This document shows, piece after piece, positions 23,421 to 32,982 of a stretch of 64,000 nucleotides of DNA (position 1 is the first letter of the stretch; each line of letters begins with the position of its first letter). The notes beneath the pieces are model-generated. The model saw only the letters and a program-made list of their open reading frames with translations. It was not told the origin of the DNA and searched no databases. Both the position numbers and the translations under genes were made by a program. The stretch is from IMG/VR virus record IMGVR_UViG_3300028833_000053; one strand, given 5' to 3'. Source of the DNA: a virus (lineage: Duplodnaviria; Caudoviricetes).

Positions 23421-23930
23421 ATGCAGGGACAGTTGCCCCAGATTGAACACCGTTCCGTTGATGACCCCGAGTACCGTGGCATCAAGGAGTGTGCCAATAT
23501 GATGTCCTTCGTGGAGTATATGAAAAGCAAGGACATTGAGGAGCTTCGTTTGCCGGTGAACAACCCCGAAGCCTACAACTACCTGCGTTGGCTCAACAAC
23601 TATTTCGTGGATGACAACAACTACCTGAATTACCTTCTCAACCTGTGGGATGAGAACTACGCCGAAAAGCCCGTGCGTCCGCCCACTGCGCGTGAGGTTG
23701 CCATTTTCAATTCCCGCAGGATTGTGGAAATTGCGGATTCTGACGAAATTGACGATAAAGGCATGTATATTGACTCCAACGCCGAGCTTATACGTGACGC
23801 ATACCAATATTGGTGCTACCCCATTTGGATTGCGTCCGGACTTGCTGGATGCATCATAAAGTGGGGGACGTTCGAGGACAACGTGAAGCCGGGTGAAGAA
23901 TTCCTCACATGGGAAGAGTGGAATGCATGA
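23421..23930 (+). CDS. Hypothetical protein
   Basis: SD GGAG; operon packing. Confidence 0.7.
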   Translation: MQGQLPQIEHRSVDDPEYRGIKECANMMSFVEYMKSKDIEELRLPVNNPEAYNYLRWLNNYFVDDNNYLNYLLNLWDENYAEKPVRPPTAREVAIFNSRRIVEIADSDEIDDKGMYIDSNAELIRDAYQYWCYPIWIASGLAGCIIKWGTFEDNVKPGEEFLTWEEWNA

Positions 23931-24370
23931 TGGTCTTTACAGGGGACAAGCCAGGTTGGTACATACGCAGGGAAGATCCAATATGGAGTTGGGTTGGAAG
24001 CCCGTATGTGTCCCTTGAAAAGGAAAAGATGCTTTCGGTGTTGGGTAAGTTGAAGCGCAAGTGCAGCTACATTGTGAGGATATTCAATCTCACCCAGGAA
24101 TGTTGCCGTGATTGGCAGGACCGTGAATACTTTGAATGGTTCGCGGAGGACAAGATGTACGTGTTGCCAAACTACCTTGACATGTTCGTATCCGACCTCC
24201 ACGAATTGTCCTTGACGCACAACATAGTTGGGATGGCTACAACCAACAACTACCGTTATCTGGAAATGGCGTTTGTTGAATCCAATGACCATTCAAGCAA
24301 CATTGACTCTGACATTATCGACTCCATTGTTGGGAAAGTGAAGGGCCGGAAACATGAAACTTCGGAGTGA
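23927..24370 (+). CDS. Paralog family A, member 1
   Basis: LHELSLTH...ESNDHSSNIDSDII. Confidence 0.7.
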   Translation: MMVFTGDKPGWYIRREDPIWSWVGSPYVSLEKEKMLSVLGKLKRKCSYIVRIFNLTQECCRDWQDREYFEWFAEDKMYVLPNYLDMFVSDLHELSLTHNIVGMATTNNYRYLEMAFVESNDHSSNIDSDIIDSIVGKVKGRKHETSE

Positions 24371-24821
24371 TTTTGTGAGCAATTCAAGTTCATCAAGTTT
24401 CAACTTGAAGCCGGGCGAGGTCAACCTGAAGCCGGGCGAGGACGATATGATTTTCAAGATGTCGTCTTCGGAGGTTGACAGAGTTCGCTTGTGGAAGTTC
24501 TTGACGAAGGAGGAGATAATGGATTCAATTTCCAAGTGGAAGTTCAAGGGAAATGTAATCCGGATTATTGACATCCTTTGTCCCGATGGAAGTCCCGAAT
24601 ACAAGAAGACAACCGTATATGGCGTTCCCAACCAGATTGACTTGATTGCGTCAAGGTTGATGGAATTGTCAATGACGCATGGCATATTGCAGTTGGGCGA
24701 GTCCTTGTGTGGAGACAACGCAATTTGGTTTGCGGAAACGGAACACTACACCACGAACATTGACGCCGACGTTATTGAGGGAATCATCGTCCGGTTGAAA
24801 CTGGGAGCCTATTATGTCTGA
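24354..24821 (+). CDS. Paralog family A, member 2 (N-terminal MKLRSDFVSNSSSSSF)
   Basis: LMELSMTH...ETEHYTTNIDADVI. Confidence 0.7.
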   Translation: MKLRSDFVSNSSSSSFNLKPGEVNLKPGEDDMIFKMSSSEVDRVRLWKFLTKEEIMDSISKWKFKGNVIRIIDILCPDGSPEYKKTTVYGVPNQIDLIASRLMELSMTHGILQLGESLCGDNAIWFAETEHYTTNIDADVIEGIIVRLKLGAYYV

Positions 24822-25221
24822 CAAGAAACCTTGGATTTTGGAAGCGGGCAACGCCATTGAGTCTGAGTTGCACAACATGTCAATCGCCCTTGGTGCTTTA
24901 GGGGCGACGGACATTGTTCAGAATGACGGACACTTCACGCTTGATGACATCAAGTGGATGGACCGGTCGGACTTTCCCTTGGTTGTGAAGATTATCTTGT
25001 TTGAGAATGGAAAGCCGAGCCGTTATCTTCCAAAGACCTTTGCGGAATCGGAGCCCGACAAGTTCATTGACTATCTTGCTGGAATATCCTTGACGTACAG
25101 AATCATGTTCGTGAGGAACGGCTACATTTTCGTGACCGAGTCGGAAGACCACCAGACGAACATCAACGATTTGGTCATTGATGAGTTCTTGAAACTATAT
25201 CACAGGAGTTTCACCGACTAA
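24814..25221 (+). CDS. Paralog family A, member 3
   Basis: ISLTY...ESEDHQTNINDLVI. Confidence 0.7.
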   Translation: MSDKKPWILEAGNAIESELHNMSIALGALGATDIVQNDGHFTLDDIKWMDRSDFPLVVKIILFENGKPSRYLPKTFAESEPDKFIDYLAGISLTYRIMFVRNGYIFVTESEDHQTNINDLVIDEFLKLYHRSFTD

Positions 25222-25235
25222 GAAAGGAAGTTGAA

Positions 25236-25748
25236 ATGAATGGTTTTGATGAAAATGAACACGGCGCGTCCGACTACTATATGGCGGAAGACATTATACC
25301 AATGGTAAGGCGTGTGTTTCCAACGGTGGTGAACGCAGACGGAACAATGATGGGGAAATTCCCCCTTTCTGACAACGAAAAGCGCATGTTGTGCGACAAC
25401 AAGTTCTATTCCAAGAAGAGGATGAAGAAGCTCTTCCGTCAATGGAGGCCAAGTGGGCGCAGTGTTGTCATAAACCGCGCCATATACGATGGCGACAAGC
25501 CCATTGAAGTTGAGGTGAGTTCGTTCATGCTTCCGGAGGAAATTGATGGGTTCATGGTGAAGATGGGTGATTGCGCGGACCTTCATGGAATAGTCAAGAT
25601 TACTTCTGGCGGTGTAATGGCGGGTCCTACAATTTGGGTGAAGCCGGCGTCGAATCCCTCCGAGTTGAACATTGACTGCAACATCATGGATAAGATTATC
25701 ACCGAGGTTGTGGAAAGTTGGCGCAAGAAGCACAACAGGAGCAAGTGA
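25236..25748 (+). CDS. Paralog family A, divergent member 4
   Basis: DLHGI...LNIDCNIM; weaker match. Confidence 0.6.
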   Translation: MNGFDENEHGASDYYMAEDIIPMVRRVFPTVVNADGTMMGKFPLSDNEKRMLCDNKFYSKKRMKKLFRQWRPSGRSVVINRAIYDGDKPIEVEVSSFMLPEEIDGFMVKMGDCADLHGIVKITSGGVMAGPTIWVKPASNPSELNIDCNIMDKIITEVVESWRKKHNRSK

Positions 25749-25749
25749 T

Positions 25750-26157
25750 ATGATGGATTTTGAGTACATTGAAAAGGACATGTTTAGGCAAAAGTCCCTG
25801 TTTCCCCTGTTCCCGTACAGAATGGGAGAGGGGTACAAGTTCCTGAAGATGCCTTTTTGGGAAGGAAGCAAGGAATACATATTATGGGGAATCAAGCAGA
25901 ACCCGGGCTACATGGTGAAGATGGTGAATGTGGTCTATTGTGGCGAAGAACCTTGCTGGCAGCAGGAGCGCACATACGTAGCATTACCAGACAGGTTTGA
26001 CAAGTTCCTGCCAGACTTGATGGAGCTTTCCTTGACACACACTATAATTGGCATACGAGGGGAGGCAGTGTTTGTCTCTCAGTCGCTTGATCACAGCACG
26101 AACATTGACCAAGACGTTGTTGCTGCGTTCCAATACCTGTTTCTTGATAAGCATTGA
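25750..26157 (+). CDS. Paralog family A, member 5
   Basis: LMELSLTH...QSLDHSTNIDQDVV. Confidence 0.7.
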   Translation: MMDFEYIEKDMFRQKSLFPLFPYRMGEGYKFLKMPFWEGSKEYILWGIKQNPGYMVKMVNVVYCGEEPCWQQERTYVALPDRFDKFLPDLMELSLTHTIIGIRGEAVFVSQSLDHSTNIDQDVVAAFQYLFLDKH

Positions 26158-26162
26158 GGGAC

Positions 26163-26190
26163 TTGACATTTTTCCAAAAACCTGTATAAT
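26163..26190 (+). promoter_or_regulatory. Sigma-70 promoter
   Basis: TTGACA-N16-TATAAT. Confidence 0.7.
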
Positions 26191-26240
26191 AGGTGTAAAT
26201 AATCAACATACTCATATTCTAGGTATAATGAGAAAACGAA

Positions 26241-28175
26241 ATGAAGACAAACAAGCAAGCAGAAGACTTTGAAGCCATAAGTGGTGTACAACAGATACTT
26301 AAACGTAGTGGTATGTGGCTGGGTAGTATGCAGCCTTTGACGCAAAAGATGTTCATGATTGGACAAGAGGGCGTGGAGTATAAGGAGGTGACGTACATCC
26401 CGGCTTTCCGCAAGATAATGGACGAGGTGCTTGACAACTCTGTGGACGCTTTGGTGAAGTACAATGGCAGCAAGGGCAAGGTGAAGGTTGTCATTGACGA
26501 AGGCTGGGTTTACATTGAGGACAACGGACCGGGCATTCCAGTCATTTGCAAGGAATTAAAGGACATCACTGACAACAGGATGACCGAGGAAGAGAAGAAG
26601 AAGATTTCCGAGACCTACCTGCCCGAGATTGCGTGGACGAGACTTTTCTCCGGCTCCAACTTCAAGGACAGCGATGACAAGACAACGGTGGGTTCACATG
26701 GACTTGGCTCCAAATGCACTTCCATTTTCTCCAAGAAGTTCGTGGGAATATCGGACGATGGCAAGAACCTTTGCAAGGTGGTGGCGAAGAACAACCTTGA
26801 GACTGTTGAGACGGAAGTTTTCCCTTCCAAGGAGCGTGGCGTGAGAATCAAGTTCGTTCCGGACTTCGCCAGGTTTGGCATCGACAAAATAGATTCAGTT
26901 TACGTTGAGTTGATGCGCCAGCGTCTCATCTGCCTTGGAATCACGTTCCCCGGCATAAAGTTCTCCTTGAACGGCAAGCAAGTAAACGTGAACGACAAGA
27001 CGTTTCTCAATCTGTTCAGTGACAACATCACGTTCCAGGTGTTTGACCGCGGCTTCATTGGCGTATATCCAAACGAGTCCGACGAGTTCAATTTCTTCAC
27101 CTACGTTGATGGTCTGGCGTTGAACCGCGGCGGCTCCCACATTGACTACATTGTGGACAAGCTGGTAACGCCCATACGGGAGAAGCTGGCGAAGAAGTAC
27201 AAGACCATCAAGCCAGCCGACATCAAGAACCGTTTGAGCATGGTGGTGTTTCTGCGCGACTTCCCCAATTTGAAGTTCGACTCCCAGACGAAGGAGACCT
27301 TGACAAACCTTCCATCCGAAATCACGAAATACTTTGGGGATTCTGTTGACTGGGACAAGTTGTCAAAGAACATCATCAAGAACGAAAACATACTTGACCC
27401 AATCGTTGAGACGTTCAAGTTGAAGGAGGAAGTCAAGGAGCGCGTTGCGTTGAAGCAGGCCGGAAAGTCCAAGGTGAAGATTTCCGTGGACAAGTACATC
27501 AAGCCCATTGGCGGCAACGACTATTTGATGGTGTGCGAGGGGTTGTCTGCAAGGGGTGGTGTTTCCGCCGCCATTGGACGCGAGGGCTTTGGCTACTACG
27601 CATCCCGTGGCGTTGGCATAAACGCCTATGACGCGACATCAGCGCAGATTCTCAAGAACCAGGAATTTTCGGACATCATCACAATCCTTGGACTTGACAT
27701 CACCAATCCAAAGGAGCAGAACCTGAACTTCAAGAAGTTCGTCATAACGTCAGATGCGGACGCCGATGGCATCCACATTTCCTCAATCTACCTTGGGTGG
27801 TTTATGAAGTTCGCCCCGTGGATGTTTGACAAGGGCATGGTTTGCCGTTTGAGGACGCCGCTTGCCATAGTGTTCAAGGACAAGGGCATGACGAAAATAC
27901 ACAAGATGTTCTTTGACCTTGCCGAGTTCCGGGAATTTGAGAACAGTAACGATATGTCCAAGTTCGCCATACAGTACTACAAGGGACTGGGTTCTTTCCC
28001 CAAGGAAATGTTCATCAAGTTGTTCAAGGAGAATGGTGGCGTTGACCAGTTCATCCAGACGTTCCGCCTTGACGAAGAGGGCAAGGTTTACATCGACAAC
28101 TGGTTGAATGGAAGCAAGTCCGACGAGAGAAAGAAGCTGATTTCGGACTACACGTTTGACATTGACATGATTTGA
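26241..28175 (+). CDS. Type IIA DNA topoisomerase ATPase/TOPRIM subunit (T4 gp39+60 / GyrB-like)
   Basis: DEVLDNSVD, DNGPGIP, GSHGLG, CEGLSA, DADADG, YYKGLG. Confidence 0.93.
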   Translation: MKTNKQAEDFEAISGVQQILKRSGMWLGSMQPLTQKMFMIGQEGVEYKEVTYIPAFRKIMDEVLDNSVDALVKYNGSKGKVKVVIDEGWVYIEDNGPGIPVICKELKDITDNRMTEEEKKKISETYLPEIAWTRLFSGSNFKDSDDKTTVGSHGLGSKCTSIFSKKFVGISDDGKNLCKVVAKNNLETVETEVFPSKERGVRIKFVPDFARFGIDKIDSVYVELMRQRLICLGITFPGIKFSLNGKQVNVNDKTFLNLFSDNITFQVFDRGFIGVYPNESDEFNFFTYVDGLALNRGGSHIDYIVDKLVTPIREKLAKKYKTIKPADIKNRLSMVVFLRDFPNLKFDSQTKETLTNLPSEITKYFGDSVDWDKLSKNIIKNENILDPIVETFKLKEEVKERVALKQAGKSKVKISVDKYIKPIGGNDYLMVCEGLSARGGVSAAIGREGFGYYASRGVGINAYDATSAQILKNQEFSDIITILGLDITNPKEQNLNFKKFVITSDADADGIHISSIYLGWFMKFAPWMFDKGMVCRLRTPLAIVFKDKGMTKIHKMFFDLAEFREFENSNDMSKFAIQYYKGLGSFPKEMFIKLFKENGGVDQFIQTFRLDEEGKVYIDNWLNGSKSDERKKLISDYTFDIDMI

Positions 28176-28188
28176 GGAGACCGGAACA

Positions 28189-28629
28189 ATGACTACAAGA
28201 GAAAAAGCGATTGTGTCTGCGTACACTGGATTTCTAATGTGCGATATGTCAGAAATGCTGAAGTATATGTCGGAAAAACTTGGTTGGCGGATAACAGAGT
28301 CCGAGCTGCTCTCCAAGCACAGTGATTTTGAATTCAATGATGAACTTGACCAGAAGATTCAACCCGACTTTCTTGCATCGTGCGACAGAATGACGACAAG
28401 GGAAAAAGCCATTGTGTCGGCATGGACTAAATGTTTGATAGGCAGCATGGAAGAAATGCTCAAGTATGTGTCTGAAAAGATGGGACGAACAATGTCAGAA
28501 CAGGATTTGAGGAAGTATATGTCTTATGGCGAGTTTCATAAAAAATATGACGCGGCCATTCTTCCCGATTGGCTCTCGCTTTGTGAGGGTGACGCAGAAT
28601 CTACTGACAAGGCATCATGGTGGAGATAA
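28189..28629 (+). CDS. Hypothetical protein with an internal tandem domain duplication
   Basis: MTTREKAIVSA...EMLKY.SEK occurs twice. Confidence 0.75.
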   Translation: MTTREKAIVSAYTGFLMCDMSEMLKYMSEKLGWRITESELLSKHSDFEFNDELDQKIQPDFLASCDRMTTREKAIVSAWTKCLIGSMEEMLKYVSEKMGRTMSEQDLRKYMSYGEFHKKYDAAILPDWLSLCEGDAESTDKASWWR

Positions 28630-28696
28630 TCAAATGAACAAAAGACAGAAACTAATTTCAGACTACACGTTTGACAAGGTATAATGGGGATTGGCT

Positions 28697-29116
28697 ATGA
28701 AGATTTTTATTATGGCAATAATGATGGTTCTTATTTTTGTGGTAAGTGGAAAGCAAGAGGATAATAGAATAGAAGCGACTAGGAATCTCCCAAAAGGGGT
28801 TCATATCACAGAAAGAAACTGTGAAGATTGTTGTGGTTCGGGAAATAAATGGATTGAACATACTGAATATGTGGGTGGTGGTTCAGCTATTATCGAGTAT
28901 AGAGATTCTGATGGGTTTCTATTGAGAAGAAGGTTTAAGAATTACACGAAACGAAAAGTTCATACAAAAGACATGGGCAGGGTGAAAGTCCCATGTAAAA
29001 AATGTAAAGGGACTGGTAAGAGGTTAACTTATGATAAGGATTATAATGACAAGCAAAAACCAGCCCAAGGTGTTACTCAGGGTGCTGGTTGGTACAATGC
29101 AAGGCTAAGAAATTGA
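28697..29116 (+). CDS. AT-rich signal-peptide protein with CxxCxGxG (DnaJ-type) zinc-finger motifs
   Basis: Hydrophobic N-terminus; CEDCCGSG and CKKCKGTG. Confidence 0.6.
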   Translation: MKIFIMAIMMVLIFVVSGKQEDNRIEATRNLPKGVHITERNCEDCCGSGNKWIEHTEYVGGGSAIIEYRDSDGFLLRRRFKNYTKRKVHTKDMGRVKVPCKKCKGTGKRLTYDKDYNDKQKPAQGVTQGAGWYNARLRN

Positions 29117-29126
29117 TGGATTAAGG

Positions 29127-30521
29127 ATGTTGAATAAAATGAACGAAAAGACCGTAACTGATTTCTACAAGGAGGAGGTTCCGTCATATGCCTCCTACGA
29201 CCTCATCCGCAAGTGCAGTTCGTACATTGACGGGTTCAAGAACGCGCACCGCAAGATTATCTGGACGATGTTGGAGTATTTTGGAAACCCCAACACGAGG
29301 ACAAAGACAAGCCAGATGTCCGCCACGGTTTCCTTGAAGTCAATGTACTTGCATGGCGAAACAAACCTTGACGGTTCCCTATGCACGTTGGCGCAGTCAT
29401 TCGTTGGCTCAAACAACTACCCATTGGTGACAGGGCATGGTAACTTCGGCACAAGGTTCTCTCCGGAGCCCGCCGCTTCACGTTATACCTTTGTTTCAAT
29501 TTCACCATTGGTCGGCAAGCTGTACGACAAGGACAGGCCGTTGTGCAAGGGTCAGGAATTTGAAGGCAACGTGATTGAACCTGCCTATTACGTTCCCGTG
29601 TTTCCAACTCTGTTCCTCAATGGCTCAGATGGAATTTCAACGGGATATGCGCAGAAGATTTATCCAAGGAACCCGAAGGACATACTCAAGTACATTCGCG
29701 CCAAGTTGAATGGAACCGCGGAACCCCACGTTGAAAACGCCTTGCCTTGGTTCAGGGGGTTTGCTGGCGAGACAAAGCTGGTGAAGGAGAAGGACGCCGA
29801 CGGAAAGACCGTAAAGAAGGTCGTGAACTATGGCGTGGTGGAGAAAGTCAATTCCAACACCCTGCACATTTCCGAAATTCCCATCACCTACACCTACGCC
29901 TCCTACATCAAGGTTCTGGATGGACTTGTGGAGAAGGGAACTATCGAGGACTACGAGGACTTGTCCGATCCAAAGACCGACAGGTTTGAGTTCACGATAA
30001 AGGTCAAGCGCGTGTTCTTTGAGAGCAACGCCGACGAGGCAAGTTGGATTAAGGTGTTTGGACTTGCCAAGCCCCTGAACGAGCAGTTGAACTGCATTGA
30101 CGAGAACAACCGCATACGCGAGTTCAACGACATCAAGGAAATCTTGGATGCTTTTATCAAAATACGTTTGGAATACTACAAGAAGCGTAAGGACTACCTC
30201 TTGAAGAAGTATATGGAGGAAATCCAACTTGACGTTTCCAAGTACGTTTGGTGCAAGGGTGTTATCGACGAGACCATCTACATCAAGAACAAGAAGAAGG
30301 ATGACATCGTAAAGCAGCTTGAAAAGACCGAAAAGATTATCCAAAAAGACGGCTCCTTCAACTACCTCCTGAACATGCCAATGTCCTCAATCACGAAGGA
30401 GAAGATGGCTGAACTTACGGAGAAGATAAAGAGCCTCAAGGAACTTATCAAGACAACCCAGAGCCAGACCATAGAGCAGATGTGGCTTGCGGACCTTGAA
30501 GAGATTGAACGCGAATTCTGA
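29127..30521 (+). CDS. Type IIA DNA topoisomerase DNA-breakage subunit (T4 gp52 / GyrA-like)
   Basis: IDGFKNAHRK, YLHGE, GNFG, catalytic AASRY, NGSDGISTG. Confidence 0.93.
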   Translation: MLNKMNEKTVTDFYKEEVPSYASYDLIRKCSSYIDGFKNAHRKIIWTMLEYFGNPNTRTKTSQMSATVSLKSMYLHGETNLDGSLCTLAQSFVGSNNYPLVTGHGNFGTRFSPEPAASRYTFVSISPLVGKLYDKDRPLCKGQEFEGNVIEPAYYVPVFPTLFLNGSDGISTGYAQKIYPRNPKDILKYIRAKLNGTAEPHVENALPWFRGFAGETKLVKEKDADGKTVKKVVNYGVVEKVNSNTLHISEIPITYTYASYIKVLDGLVEKGTIEDYEDLSDPKTDRFEFTIKVKRVFFESNADEASWIKVFGLAKPLNEQLNCIDENNRIREFNDIKEILDAFIKIRLEYYKKRKDYLLKKYMEEIQLDVSKYVWCKGVIDETIYIKNKKKDDIVKQLEKTEKIIQKDGSFNYLLNMPMSSITKEKMAELTEKIKSLKELIKTTQSQTIEQMWLADLEEIEREF

Positions 30522-30539
30522 TTCGCGAAAGGAGTTCTG

Positions 30540-30773
30540 ATGATTGAACTTATTGAAACCATCTTGTCTTTCCCAACGCAGGGGCATTATGGCTATCCAA
30601 TCAGGATAGACGTGTTTGATGACAAAAAGGAATGGGAATGTGGAGTTTGGTCTGACAAGGATTCCGCCATTTCCTTTTTGTTTGATAAATGCGAGTTGTT
30701 CGACTATGTATTGTATGAATGGTACAGAGCGAAGGATGAGTTGTACATAGTGTTGGGGAGAAAGGAGTTCTAA
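30540..30773 (+). CDS. Hypothetical protein
   Basis: SD AGGAG. Confidence 0.65.
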   Translation: MIELIETILSFPTQGHYGYPIRIDVFDDKKEWECGVWSDKDSAISFLFDKCELFDYVLYEWYRAKDELYIVLGRKEF

Positions 30774-31441
30774 TGCCGAGGATTGAACTGTTCAATGGCA
30801 ATTGCCTTGATCTTTTGATGAAATTGGAACCGGAATCTGTTGATCTTCTTGTCACCGATCCACCATACAAGACCATTACGGGAGGGGATTCGGGAAACAG
30901 ACCAAAGGGCATGCTTTCCGGAAACAGAAAGTTGTTTGATCATCAAAACGACGTTGAGATTTACCAATGGATGCCTCTGGTCTACCGGGCATTGAAGGAC
31001 AATACACATGCATACGTGTTCACGAATTTTCTCAACTTGCACGAAATGCTGTATGAAGCCACACACGCGGGCTTCAAGTTGCACAATCTTCTTGTGTGGG
31101 AGAAGAACAACTGCACACCTTCCCAGTTCTACATGAAGAACTGCGAGTACGTGTTGTTTATGCGCAAGGGAAAGGCGAAATGGATTAACAACATTGGCGC
31201 AAGCAAGACCGTACACCAGTTTAACAACTTATTGGGAAATAAGACGCATCCCACAGAGAAGCCAGTTGACTTGCTTAAGTTCTACATTGAGAATTCAAGC
31301 AAGGAGGGTGACGTTGTGCTTGACCCGTTCATGGGTACGGGCTCTTGTGGAGATGCCTGCAGGCAGACAAACAGGAATTTTCTTGGAATTGAACTTGACG
31401 AAAACTATTTCAACATTGCAAAGAATAGACTGGATGTATAA
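30773..31441 (+). CDS. DNA amino-methyltransferase (N6A/N4C, beta class)
   Basis: TDPPY ... HPTEKP ... LDPFMGTGS. Confidence 0.92.
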   Translation: MPRIELFNGNCLDLLMKLEPESVDLLVTDPPYKTITGGDSGNRPKGMLSGNRKLFDHQNDVEIYQWMPLVYRALKDNTHAYVFTNFLNLHEMLYEATHAGFKLHNLLVWEKNNCTPSQFYMKNCEYVLFMRKGKAKWINNIGASKTVHQFNNLLGNKTHPTEKPVDLLKFYIENSSKEGDVVLDPFMGTGSCGDACRQTNRNFLGIELDENYFNIAKNRLDV

Positions 31442-31469
31442 TTCATATGGGGGAAGAAAGGACTAAATC

Positions 31470-31649
31470 ATGAATGGAAAACAGATTAGGGTGAAGAAAA
31501 CAGGCAAAGTTGGAGTGCTTGACCACACTCAGACGATAAATGGAAAGACATTCTACCTTGTGTGCTTTGATGAAAGCAACAAAAACATTGAAAATGGTGG
31601 AACGTTGAATTTGGTTCTATATAAAGAAGACGCGATAGAGTTCATTTGA
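31470..31649 (+). CDS. Small hypothetical protein (59 aa)
   Basis: SD AAGGA; fills the gap between the MTases. Confidence 0.55.
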   Translation: MNGKQIRVKKTGKVGVLDHTQTINGKTFYLVCFDESNKNIENGGTLNLVLYKEDAIEFI

Positions 31650-31651
31650 CA

Positions 31652-32524
31652 ATGGGATTCCAATTGTACAATGACAATTGCTTGAAAATCATGCCGACTA
31701 TTCCAGATGGCTCAATAGACATGATATTGACTGATCTTCCTTATGGCGTGACGAACAAGGAAAGCGAAGCCGGAAAGTGGGACACACCGATTGCGATGGA
31801 GCCGTTGTGGGAGAATTTCTGGAGGGTGTTGAAGCCAAACGGCGCTTGCGTTCTTTTCGCCCAGGGCATGTTCACGGCCCAGCTTATGATGTCCCAACCC
31901 AAGAACTGGCGTTACAATCTCATTTGGGACAAGTGCCGGGCGTCAGGTTTCTTGAATTCAAAGAGAATGCCTTTGCGCCGACACGAGGACATTTGCGTGT
32001 TTTACCGTTCCTTGCCAACCTACAACGTGCAGCTTGAAGACCTTGATGGGCGGGAGCCAACGCATTCACAGGGGAATGGGGAACACAAGGACACCAACCG
32101 CTGCTATGGGAAGATAAACAGGAAGTTCCGCCATCCCGAAGAGGGGGCAACGGAAGTGAACCGCTGCTATGGGACAGTAAAGAGGTTTACAACCTATGGC
32201 GTGGAGGGCAAGAAATACCCAGGTTCCATATTGAAGTTCCAACGTCCTCATTGTTCCGGCAACCACCCAACCGAGAAGTCCGTTGACCTTTGCCGCTGGC
32301 TTGTGAGAACATACACCAATCCGGGAGAGACCGTGCTTGACGCGACAATGGGCTCCGGTACAACCATAGTAGCCGCAGCCTTGGAAGGACGCAACGCCAT
32401 TGGAATTGAACTTGAGCCTAAATACTACAATGTTGCGGTTCAAAGGACTTCCGGCTTTACAAATTCATTCATAGAACCTATAATTAAACAGGAAGAACAG
32501 GAGACCCAAGATGACAGTAAATGA
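31652..32524 (+). CDS. DNA amino-methyltransferase (beta class)
   Basis: TDLPY ... HPTEKS ... LDATMGSGTT. Confidence 0.9.
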   Translation: MGFQLYNDNCLKIMPTIPDGSIDMILTDLPYGVTNKESEAGKWDTPIAMEPLWENFWRVLKPNGACVLFAQGMFTAQLMMSQPKNWRYNLIWDKCRASGFLNSKRMPLRRHEDICVFYRSLPTYNVQLEDLDGREPTHSQGNGEHKDTNRCYGKINRKFRHPEEGATEVNRCYGTVKRFTTYGVEGKKYPGSILKFQRPHCSGNHPTEKSVDLCRWLVRTYTNPGETVLDATMGSGTTIVAAALEGRNAIGIELEPKYYNVAVQRTSGFTNSFIEPIIKQEEQETQDDSK

Positions 32525-32855
32525 ACTCATTGAGAAACTGAAGGAATACGGTGACGAAAAGACCCGTGACCTGGCAACTGTGAGGATTCTCAACCGCGAT
32601 GGTGGGGTAATCGACGATCACATTGACGCATTTGACGTGAAGTTTGGAATCAAGAGCGTTGACATTCCCCTTGACGTGTAGACCTACACGCCGGCGGAAG
32701 TGGATTGTGGCGATGACTGGTCCGCATGGGACGAGGATTATGACGGGTATTATGACGAGGACTGGGAAGAGTATGACGATGAAGAGGAAGAGGAAGCGGG
32801 CGAAGATGAAGAGGACTATGGCTGGGGCGACGATGAAGAATCATGGAAACCATAA
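32511..32855 (+). CDS. Small protein with a TAG-gated highly acidic tail (114 aa)
   Basis: SD AGGAG; MTVNELIEKLKEY start; TAG at 32679; D/E/W/Y-rich tail ending TAA 32853. Confidence 0.7.
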
Positions 32856-32887
32856 TTGAATTTCTTTCATGTGTTGACGCAACAAAT

Positions 32888-32912
32888 GCCACCTTTCAAC
32901 GGGTGGCTTTTT
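32888..32912 (+). terminator. Intrinsic terminator
   Basis: GCCACC...GGTGGC followed by a T-run. Confidence 0.75.
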
Positions 32913-32926
32913 CTTTGCAAGGGGTA

Positions 32927-32955
32927 TTGACTTTACACGTCCAATATGATATACT
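32927..32955 (+). promoter_or_regulatory. Sigma-70 early promoter
   Basis: TTGACT-N17-TATACT. Confidence 0.75.
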
Positions 32956-32982
32956 GACAGTGAACAAAGGAGAACTGTTTCT

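Noticed and set aside
26191-26340. Scar of a lost endonuclease at the topoisomerase 5' end
   Set aside because: The AT-rich start and TGTAAATA are suggestive, but no duplicated fragment or ORF remnant was found
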